A stretch of 64,000 nt of DNA, taken from contig DF237020.1 in NCBI GenBank assembly GCA_000708835.1, forward strand, positions 1-64,000, written 5' to 3'. Under the pieces are notes generated by a model. That model was not told the DNA's origin, made no database searches, and saw only the letters and a list, made by a program, of their open reading frames with translations. The stretch is from Klebsormidium nitens. Lineage: Eukaryota; Plantae; Klebsormidiophyceae. The translations under genes and the position numbers were made by a program. Positions 1-10,404 of the stretch are shown one piece after another; within the stretch, counting starts at the first letter, position 1, and each line of letters starts with the position of its first letter.

Positions 1-620
1 AAATAAATAAATATATGATATAGATATATCACATAAATAAATATGTGATATCAATATTTAGCACTTTGTTAAACGACATTGTTCCAAGGTTGCCCGGTAC
101 AACCCACCCCGGGAATGACAACGAGTGTGCAAGCATGTAGGTGGCAGCCGGATCATACTACCGGTCGTAAAATAGATAAGTATTTCATATTTATTTACAT
201 AGAAGGTTAAGGGTTTAACCCAAGAACCTTTCCCAGAAGCCGTGGAAGTTTGGAGGTGGTCAATGGCTAGGTTAACACAGGGTTAACTAGTGACATGCCA
301 ATATGCCAAGCCGCATATATAGCTCAGCAGAAGCAGATCAAGAAGCTGAAGACAGTAAAGTAGGCACCCAGTAGGCATCAGTATAGCTCATGAGTATGCC
401 TGAACATGATATAACTTTTCTATCCCCCATGAGGAGTTGGATGGAAAGCAACAGCTCACCAAAATCACTGGTTCATGAGATGTCAGCTTGGACGACACAT
501 GTGATGCGAGGGTTAGATCATCCAAGATCATGGGGATCGCCACCATCATATGGTTCCCGTTCAAAACTCCTTTCACATCGAGCTCACTAGCCTCTAAGGA
601 GCAACCAATCTTATACCTTT
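1..620. other. Compositionally distinct non-coding segment with an AT-rich (AAAT)n end and a hairpin; possible end of a repeat or mobile element
   Basis: The first 60 nt are almost all A/T; 10-bp stem 26-35/42-51 with an AATAAA loop; no credible exon. No element family was recognised. Confidence 0.3.
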
Positions 621-1557
621 GATACTTTGAGTATACTTTGCAATGCGTACAGAACGCTGAAAGGCATCAGTTCATGGTATTGACGCTAGTCATTGACGTG
701 TTGGCAACCCGGCCCCGCTGGACTCCGTGGATTGCAGAAGACTACCTATATCAAACCGTCTCGCTCTATCATAACAGCAGCTGTGCGCGTGCAAGAATTT
801 GGCTTCGTGACGTGTCTATGATCGGTTGCTTCGATGTAGACAAGGGGTTCCTGATTCGACCTGCAAGAAGCCTAAATGATCAGAAGGAGATCCTTAGATT
901 CAAGACGTGGTTGAAGAGGCGCAACAAATCCCGTAGTGACCAAAGGCAAGTAAACCAGACAACCGTATCTGCTGGCTTCGACGGCTTTATTTACCCAGCT
1001 TGCCATCACCGGAGTCTCCTCCTCCAAGAAAAGACTGCTTATAAAAACTTCTCAGCAGGCACGACTTCTTTCACAAAGTGCGACGGCATATGAGCACTCC
1101 ATTGTTGGGCGGCGTAAAAGCTCAGATATCAGTCAGTGGCATCGTTGGCGATTGAAGGTTGCTTAGACGCATTTTGCTAAGAATGTCGGACGGGCAAAGG
1201 CCGATATAGAAGCGTGCCGTGGTTGCTGACGACTTTCACAGCTTTGAACATCAGGCAAGTCAACGGATCAATGACAACGGAACGAGCAATTTCGAATAGC
1301 TCATCTCACTGCGAAAGGTTCTGAATCTGCCAAGAGATGCTTGCGCACAACGACCGTCTTTTCAAGAACACAACTCAGGACCTGCGCCCCAAAACGAGTC
1401 CCTGGCACCCCAATGCGCAAGCCTGGACCGTGAGATGGCCAGTCCGCGTTCAGCAGACCGCTCAAGATCGCAAACATAAGGATGTATGTCGGACAACTGG
1501 AAACGAGAACAATGCAGTCGACTTGCCTGTGAAAGGGGATGACACTGGTGCATGTCA

Positions 1558-4360
1558 TCAGAAGTGTTCCAGCGCGACGTAGTAAGCGAGCGCCACCGGA
1601 AACGACATCAGAGTTCCGAACGTGATGCTGCACAGGAAACGAGACCGTGCGAATAAGCGCCAGGTTGGGAAGTTCCGTGGCTCTCCTTTGGCAGAGAGTT
1701 GCCGGTGTCCTGCTATGTCGAGATTGGTAGTAAACGGGGCTTCATCACTTTGATACATCCATTGCCTGTTGGTCGCTTTCGAGCGACCGGAGGACCAGAC
1801 TTCTAGTCTCTTTGGCAATACGTTGAGAAAAGAAAGCGGCTTGGAGTGAGGCGAATCCCTTGTGATTCTTCGAGCAGTTTTCAAGGGACTTTGCGCCTTA
1901 CCTGGTGCTCAGGACTTCCGGATAGGCGTCATACTCTTTCGCGAACGAGAAAGATACAATAGCTTGCGGAAGGGCGGCCTGGAAAACAGGAGTGAGAGAA
2001 AAGTTGGTAGCTACCGAACAAGATGAGGGGAAACAATCGTGTGACAGTTCAAAACGGGCGTATTTCGCATCATCGCCAAAGTGCACGTTATGCTCTTGGC
2101 TGCTCGGCTGCTTTAGAAAGCTGATCCTAGCTGTCCCAACTTACAGACAGGAGGGTCAATTCCAGAAACTAAACGGGTCCTTCGTAAAGCAAAAAAAGCG
2201 CATTATCAACTGATACTTTCTGGCTGCAGGCTTGTGTGCGCGGTTCTGTGCACAGCAGCCTGACTTCATTTGTCTCCTTAAAAACGGAAGCTCTCAGCCC
2301 AGCCGACGAAACGCCGAACGTCGGCTTTCAAGATTCGCAACCTACACGAAGCCCTCGCAACTATCAAAAGGCCGACCTACCTGGATGATGGCGACGCGCA
2401 GAATGTTCCCCCGAAGTCCCACCACGAACGAGATAATTCCCATTATCGCAGGCCCAATGATAAAGTGAAGCCCGTGAACCATTAGGGACAGGCAGAAACC
2501 GCAGGGGAAGATAGCGGTGCTCCCCATGAACATGCCAAGAGAAAACATGGTCATGCCGATGCCTGTGTCCGCAAGAACGTCCAAAGATTTTCGGACGATG
2601 AGGGGCAGGCCGAAGCCGGACCTGCAATGAAGAAAATGCGGGGAGCCTTGAAATGGCGCATGGAGCTGTGACGGATGATTGTATCTAGAGACGAGGTGCA
2701 GCGACAACAGACCAATCGATGGGGCGAGGTCACTAGGAAAAAAGAGAACTATATGCAGTCATTTGAGGTGAGTGGAAGCAGGTTTTGCTGTCATAGGTTT
2801 GCTTTGATCCAATTGGGAAAAATATATGAAGTTGAGGACGCATACTCTAGCTTCGAATCTGCACATGAAAGACCACCGATCTGGAAGAGCATATAGCGCT
2901 ATTCTCACAACAACAAAGAGCCCCTTCGCGCAATCTGCGAGTTCATGAAGAAGTTTGAACATCTTCAAGACATTGACCACAATCGAGTAGGCAAGTTCTG
3001 ACCTTAGTCCAGAAAATCAAAACACCATGCTGATAATGTCTCTACTATGACAGCCACAATCTAGTGATAAGAGTTGAGTGTAACAATCTTCTTACTGCCC
3101 AACACACAGCTTCCTCACACGGGCACACCCAACATGCCAGCTTCAGCACAAAGCACACGGTCAACTGAACCCAAAAAGAAGTCTGATTGCTCACTTGTAT
3201 GCCACAAGCGAGTAGACCAGCCCCAGTATCGCCGCGTGCACTGTGAAGCTCTTGCGCAGCTTCCACCCCAGGATCCGCAGCGTACGCTTCCACTGGGCCA
3301 CCTGTTCTGCTCGACTGGCCTTCCTTTCGAGGACCCCCGGCCTGTTACGTACCACCAGCGAGAGCTGCCCCCTCAGCACAGCGCTCGGTTGTCGAGTTGG
3401 GGAGTTGGTTGGTTCACCTTGATGGAGGGGGCGTTCGAGGCTGGTAAGATGCTGTAGCTCTAACTTACTAGTAGAAGCTTCTATTGGAGGGGTTGGCTGG
3501 TGGTGGTTGGGAGAACTAGACGGGCTTGTCTGCGTAGGCCCGTCACTGGCAGTGTCCCCTTTGATACGTATCCGAAACTCCTCTGCAGGATTTTGTTGAC
3601 TCTGATCAACTGAGGGCCAACTCCTTTCTTCTTCCGTAGACACCCGCTGCAACTCGCAAGTGCACGGGTGACTCTCAACTCTGGAAAGCTTCTTACATCT
3701 TGCCCCCGCAGCCTGCTCCCCTGCCAATTTAACTTCATCATTGTCTAAAGAGGTATCAGCTGCCCTCGCCTCCCCACTACCCTGTCCTTCGTTGTCTGCA
3801 ACTTTCACCTCTGCCCCTGCCTCCAGCTCTGCACCTTCTTCTGCCACTTGTTGCCTCTCCTCTTTTCGGGACGCCCGAATCTCATATAGGATCATAAGCG
3901 CCGGGTACCAGATAACAGCCTGCCCTACGACAACCTGTCCGATGAGGTCTGTCGCCATAGGGCCATACATGGCCACCAGAGTGGGCACGCCAACGATAAG
4001 GGTGTTTGAGAGGGTGGCGATCATCCACAGCGTGATGAGCCAATCAAGGTCTGCCACCTGGCGCCGCGCCAGGCCATAGACCGCCAGCACAACAAGGACC
4101 AGCAGCTTGAAGAGAGTGTCTGCCAGAATGAGCCTGTACGAGATTGTGTAGAGGTCGATGCCAGCTATGAAGCGGAAGGAAAGGACAGGGATCGCGATGA
4201 GCACCACAAAGCGGTTGATGCCAGCGATGTCTGCTGGGGTGAAAAGCTTGAACTTAACAGAGAAGTAGCCTGCGCAAATGGCGACGTAGAGGGGCACAAC
4301 GGCAGAGAGGATGCGGTAGACGCTGCCGGTGGTGATGCTGCCATGGCCGCCGGATGCCAT
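1558..4360 (-). CDS. PIN: PIN auxin efflux carrier, 4 exons (4360-3195, 2621-2381, 1978-1902, 1627-1558), 517 aa
   Basis: N-terminal TM block VYRILSAVVPLYVA...GINRFV...ATLSNTLIVGVP; C-terminal block DTGIGMTMFSLGMFM...IIQAALPQAIVSFSFAKEY...ITFGTLMSFP. All junctions are GT-AG and phase-consistent (1554 nt). The 77-nt penultimate exon matches the canonical PIN layout. Confidence 0.97.
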
Positions 4361-4966
4361 GGCAGCCAAGTTTCTTAGCCTTTCGCACGCTTCTTCGTTG
4401 AAAGTCGTGGTCCCACTGCCTTGGCCATACAACAACACTGTCAACAGCGCCACCACCCCAGAAAGCAAACATGCAAGGCTCCGGCTGAGGCTGCCAGCCT
4501 TAGGCAGCTTCCGTCTGTCCTGGACGAAAACCTCTCATGAAGTGCATAATATAAGTCGGAGGTTCTCAACGCTTATAGAATGCCGGTCGGCAAACCGGCA
4601 TAGCACCGCCGTCGTTCCACAACCTCGTAAATTCACGCGGCGTGCCGGTTTCCAAGTCCAAGGCAGTGTCGTTCAGTTGTGAGCGCCTGGAATTTTCATC
4701 ATTTGCTGCTTCTGCCTTTTGGTATGTCCAGCTTGAAGATTCCCAGTATTCGTTGATCACCTTTCCAGGCTCCACCACCTTCAACTTGCGTTCAACTTCA
4801 AGGGACAGAACTGCATGGACAGAAGAGCGCTTCATGGCACTTCGTTGAATGTAGAAGATCAACTGACCTTGAAAGGCTACCCAGGTTTTCCAGACCACCC
4901 ATCTAGCTTGGAAGAATCAGCGAGAATCAACAAGTGGGGCGCTTGCACAAAGAGCGGGAAGTTACA

Positions 4967-7900
4967 ATGGCTCAAGTTGCAACCACCCGCCTACATTCCC
5001 ATAGCTTGACCTCTACTTCTAGCTGGAAGTGTGCACAACAGCGTAGTACTTCTGATGTGCAGGCATCATCAAGGTCCTTAGTGTGCTCCCCCGTCAAGAG
5101 TGCAGACAGGACAATTGGGTTCAGGGGAGTTGGACATCTGAAGCGGTCACAATGCAGTCGGTCCCCTCGTGGTACAAGGCACGGGCTCATCCAATGTAGT
5201 GCCATGGACAACAACAAGCGCCGCCTGCCAACTCTGGACTCCCCCTCTCCATACAAGTAAGCAAAGAGCATCCCGCTGACCAGTCCAATGTTTCAAGACA
5301 GCGATGACGTGGTGGTACTGTTAGAAGTATTTGCGCACTGCCACTCGGGCCACACTGGCGCCAGTGTGGCCCGAGTGGCAGTGCGCAAATACTTCTAACA
5401 GGTACACCAGCCTGGCTTGCATACATTGTATGATAATGTTCCTGCGTTGCCAATCTGCTGTTTGCTGAGCCCAACTGACGCGCAATGTCCCGATGCCCAG
5501 CTTAACTTCAGACAATCTGGGCGAGAAACTTTGAAACATCCCAAGTGTGACAAAAAGTCATGTAACAGGTTCTTAGTGCAGACTGACTGTGGTCTGAGCA
5601 ATTGAAAGGACTGCAAGCAAACGAGTACAGTCAGAGTTGGCACCAAAAGCTTCACCACTCTTTCATCAAACAAAGTGGAAGCATATCTGGCAGGTACATT
5701 ATCAACACATGGCAAGCATGATATTTGTAGACTGACCAAATATTGTTCACCATCCTCAAGTTTTCTGGTGTCTCCTCAACTCACAACCTCTCAGACTTCA
5801 AGGACCGAAGCAATTGTAGCCTGAATATATCAACTATACAACCTTCTCTCCCCTTCCTGATTCTCAATCTCGGCTGCTTCATAATCCAGGCCCCCCTGGA
5901 CGCCGGGGGGCTTTTCCGCTGGAGGAGCGACACCCCCTGTGGAGGATGGGGCGTCGCCTGCAGCCGCTTCAGTTGAGGATGAGCCTAAGACAGAGGAGGA
6001 ATGGTTGGCCAGAGTTGCACAGGACGCTGCTAAGCGGAAAGAACTGCTGGAGCAGGTGGGGTGCAGAGTCTTTAATGACATTGTGGAATCTATGTGCTTA
6101 AATCAAGAAAGTTGAGGGATACTGGCGCACTGTTTGGAAGATCTGCAAGTGACACTAGATCTGCTTATCTTGGAATGAAAATCCCAGTGGACTGACTAAA
6201 AGCCCAAGCGGGGTATGCGATCTTTTGACAACCTTTTCTGAGTTTGTCTGATCATATAACAGGGTTTTTCAGTCTGCTCTATGTAGTCAGTTGACCAGCT
6301 TTTTGCCATGATGGCCTGGAATTCTCACACTATCTCAAGCAGCCACTCAAGGAACGGGACTCAATACTTTCTGCCCCAGCCATTCTCCAAAGGTCGTCAA
6401 CTTCATCAGAAACGCACAAAAGCGACTGTTTACATGCCCTTCTCTTATCTCTCAGGTGCGGAATCAACTAGGGACCTGGTACGAGCGGGTCCGCTCGATG
6501 CGCATCCTCCAAAAGGCAGGCGAGCTGTCAGCTGAAGAAGTGGCCGATGAGGCGCGCCTAGTTGGCCTCGACTCCACCAGGCTCATGGTGGCAGGTTCGG
6601 TGAGAATAGCCCCTGTCGTCCTTCATTGTGGAGCTCTCGAGGCTGCCTCTATGAGCACTGACTGCCTTCATACCCAATAACTAAAGGTGGCCTCCCGGCC
6701 AGTGGCAACTGGTAGAAAGAGTTTCGTGTTTGCAGGTCCTGCCACCTATCAAAAAGTCTTGTATGCGCATGGTTAATCTGCTTGCCGGCTTTCTGCAGAC
6801 TATTGTCGTGGTCTGGTTGCGCCTTTGTCTGAGCTTGCTTAATCGTGCTCCACAAAAATGGTTCAAGAACGAACTTGGAAAGCCCGTCGAACGCCAATGA
6901 GCGCCTCTCATATCCGGACAGAGTAAATCAAGGAGGTTCCATTCTGTCGAAAGTCTTGCTAGACACTGAACATCCTGATTTTGGCCGGTCTTACTCTTGC
7001 AACGAGCAGGTATACAGGTCATTCAATAGGGACGTCTTGACTGACTGCCGTGTAGTTACCGGTTCAATGCAACCCCCTCCTTTCGCAGGTGTATGATTCT
7101 TTGACTGACCTCGACCCTGAAGTATTGAGTCAATTTGGAGGTCCCGACGGACCGGTTGTTCTTTACGAGCTCAGGACGCTGTCGGTGGCACAGAGAGGGG
7201 TGAGCAGGCGGCACATCTTGTTCTTCGCAGTCGCGTGCGCTTATCTTTTCGTCGTTTGAAGTTATTTGTCAGCAGCAATAACGTTGAATCCTGCCTATCT
7301 TGTCCCTTTTGTTCTGCTTTCTTTTTTCCTAGTCATCCCTTCTCCGTCGACACTGTTGGTAGGTTTACCGAGCATGCCACGCTAATGAGCACTCTAATCG
7401 GTCCAGTGTTTTGCTGCCTCTTTCCTAAGGCAGGACGTTTGGGTTGGCCTTGGTTGCCGTCTACGTTGGGTTGCCGTCTCTCCTGTGAAGTGAAACATGT
7501 GGTCGTTAAACAACGAAACCGTCCATCTCTACAGACTTTGACCTCTACAAAGGTTGCCAACCAGATCATGTGACTTTCGATAACGAACCACTTAACGTAA
7601 GATGCAAAGGACAGGTTGTTTGCCGTTGCTTCATGCTTACCTTCGTAACCCGACTTTCTCTTTCTTTTGCAGCCTGTCGCGGAATACATTGTGGCCAATG
7701 GGTTGGACGTGGACGGCGCGCGGGAGGTGGTCAAGGCGGTCAAGGACCATGAGAGGCGGCCGGAAGGACGGGAGGTGAGCGATGCACGCTTGTCGCCCCT
7801 CTTTAATCTTAGTCTGTAGAGCGACCGAAACATGATGGCAAATATGATGCTCAGCGCCTGTGTGCCTTATCGTGCCAATGACTTCCAGGGAAACGAGCCG

Positions 7901-8508
7901 ACAGAATATTCAAAGTGCATCACTCTCCTGTGGGAATCCAAGGAGGGAGCGAAAAGCGTAAGCAATATAATCTTCCGCAGCGAACAGCGGAACACTCTGC
8001 TCGACATATGTCGCCCTCATCCTCTAATTCCGGTCAGATTGAATGCCTTGGGGTTGCAAAACCCTCGTAGTTTGTCTTCGTTGAACTGACTGAATGCTCC
8101 TCGCAGCTTCCTTCAATCGATTGGTAAGCCAATGCGGCATCTTGTAAGTTCTTTCAGGTGCTGTTGCGCTGCTTCAGCGCAATTCATCCTTTTCTTCTCA
8201 ACATCTCCGCCCTTTTGGTACACCCTTCAAAATATTCATTCTCCTTTCCAAACAGGTATTATGAGACGGACGGAGTGAACGTCTAAAAAGCAGGATGGGC
8301 CATTGCACCATGCTAAGAAAGCAACCGCTGAAACCGCAATGCGTTTGCGCAGGGCTTCACGGAGGCCCCTGGCGACACGCTCGCGTTCTGGTACTTCCGC
8401 ATGGCGGGCGAGACGCGGGAGCCGGACAAGCGCGCGCGCCTCGTGGAAAAGGCGGCTGCGGTCGCAGAGAGCGAGTCGGCAAAGGAGCGCGTGGCCGAGT
8501 CTAGTTGA
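4967..8508 (+). CDS. RAF1: Rubisco accumulation factor 1-like protein, alpha domain only; 6 exons (4967-5256, 5890-6055, 6456-6599, 7089-7199, 7673-7774, 8353-8508), 322 aa with a predicted plastid transit peptide
   Basis: The spliced product reads ...LLEQVRNQLGTWYE...RLMVAGSVYDSL...VLYELRTLSVAQRGPVAEYIVANGLDVDGAREVVKAVKD...FTEAPGDTLAFWYFR...RARLVEKA. This follows the Raf1 helical-domain pattern (LYE[IL]R.LS..QR..AA.YIV...LD...A.E.A.A.KD). The N-terminus is Ser/Thr/Arg-rich. Phases are consistent across all junctions. Confidence 0.85.
5318..5401. repeat. Perfect 84-bp palindrome (42+42, no loop) in RAF1 intron 1
   Basis: ctgttagaagtatttgcgcactgccactcgggccacactggc|gccagtgtggcccgagtggcagtgcgcaaatacttctaacag; the two arms are exact reverse complements. 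Pairing extends with bulges to 5311/5408. Confidence 0.97.
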
Positions 8509-10404
8509 CTACCTCGCACTAGGTATGGAGTTACAATTGTACGACACAAGTCTTCTTCTATACGGCAGGACACTCGTTGTAATACCAGATGTTGAACCCG
8601 CAGGGATATGGATTGACTTGTCAAAACCAGTCTTTTCTTATGACAGTCCCAGTGTCATGTGCCATACACCGGGCCCCTTCAAGTTCTTGTGCTCATGGCC
8701 TTGGATATTCGTCCGGTGCATCCTGCACAAAGCTTTCTCTTTATGCCGGTGAAGTTCCCAAGTTTTGAACGGTGTGCCTCCATAATCCGCTGGTGAGCTG
8801 CGATTCGGGTGCCTATTGCAAATCTCAGCTACAAACGCAGCTTCATTGAAAGTCGACTGGGTCGAGTCCAGTCGCAATGATTTCGTGAATCGAATGGCCC
8901 ATTATGCTCCATTCAAATGGAGCACAATTTATCCTTCATGAAAGTCGGGGAAGCAGGTCTAATATGAGATTTAAATCTTGATAATATTCTGCGTTTGAAT
9001 ATCCCACACATTCGGGGGAATTCAGATGTCCCTCTCAAGCAGACCCACGAGATGCTGGTTCGTCGCCGTCCTTCAAGCATGGAGGAGGATAGCGGGAGTG
9101 CAAAATTTCCCAGCTCGACTGAAGTCAAAAGCACTTCGGCTTCTGGCAGATATGTCGCTCTGCCGCCTTTGTTTTGTCTTCAAAACATTCTGCCGGATCT
9201 CAGGAAATGCTGAGATCATTTGGCCCCCGCAGCAAAAGATCGGGAACATGTTCTTCTGGGTGTCCAGAGTTCCCACCTTTTGTCTCAATAACGGCATGTG
9301 AATTTGCAGACAACTCAAATTATCAACTTATCAAGTGCGGTTCCAGCCTGTTGTGAAACCTCTAGCCAACCTGCTGCAGAGCTCGATGCCGCTCTCTGAC
9401 GATTCCGGTGAATTCGCTTTGCCATCAAGCAACGCGTCCTTCTTTGTGTGACATTTTCTTCGACACTACTCCAAGCAAAATAGAAATTGTTGACTTTCCT
9501 CGAATGAGAGCCAAGAACCTTCGACGGGCCCTCTGGCGCAAAATGTTTTGCCTTGCGGCCGTAGAACTGTTGTGGATCGACCTGTCCGAGGGCCTGGGAG
9601 AATGCTCCGGCTGATTGCCTGCATGGCTGTCGGGCCCTAATTGTGCCTCTGAATATTCAAACGGTACTACGGTACGTACTGCCGCGGTCTATCGTTTTAT
9701 CGGAACCCCTTTTGCCGATCGGACGGCAATAAATTCAAGTTCATGCGCGCGCAGATGTCGGCCGAAATATGTTCGGCCGGCGGTTGGCCTCTCAAATTTT
9801 CGTACGAGTAGGTTCCACTTGTTCTAGCTCTCGCCTGCAGAAGTACCTAGGTGTAACGGCACCTTTCCGTATTGTACAGAGTAGTACATAACTTTGAATT
9901 ATACATTTTTAGACTCATTACCAGCACTATGAGAACTATCAAAAATTCTATGCTGGTTAGCACAGGTCAGGGCAGGCTTGTGAAGCCTGCAAAAGTCTGC
10001 CCGCTCTTGTGGAGAGTGAGATCAAGGATCTCTAGTAGTGGTCTGCATCGTTCTCTATCATTTGTAGAATTCGGTCTATGCACAACGAGGCCCCCAAAAC
10101 AGTGAATCGGAGAAGAGAAGCATGCACATTGTTCAGATGCTTCTCTTTGCTCCTTCCTCATTGACCCGTAAGCGAAGCACTAATCAATTGCTGGCGGCAT
10201 TGGGCGTAGACCACAGCATTGCATGTTGGAGACAACCAAGATTCTCTTGCTAGTGCAAAGTCACTGATTCGGTAGTGAGCATTGGACTGCTCAGTCCACT
10301 TAAAGCAAGAAACCCTTTTCAAATGCTGCCCCTTCCGCAGCATTGCATGCACCTTCTTTTGCCAATCCAGCGGTCGGGCCACTAATCCAAGCCGTTCGCT
10401 CGGC

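Noticed and set aside
638-1093. 151-aa ORF
   Set aside because: No recognisable motif, non-ATG start and no splice partners.
4361-4468. 36-codon N-terminal extension of PIN in the ORF track
   Set aside because: It starts at a non-ATG codon; the first in-frame ATG is at 4360 and gives a normal PIN N-terminus.
9120-9170. VKSTSASGRYVALP as a remnant of the Raf1 beta domain
   Set aside because: Only a few residues are similar, there is no supporting splice sites in phase, and no other beta-domain motifs occur nearby.
9759-9779. 8-bp hairpin cggccgaa/ttcggccg and nearby GTAC-rich words as MITE ends
   Set aside because: Too short, with no convincing TIR pair or TSD.
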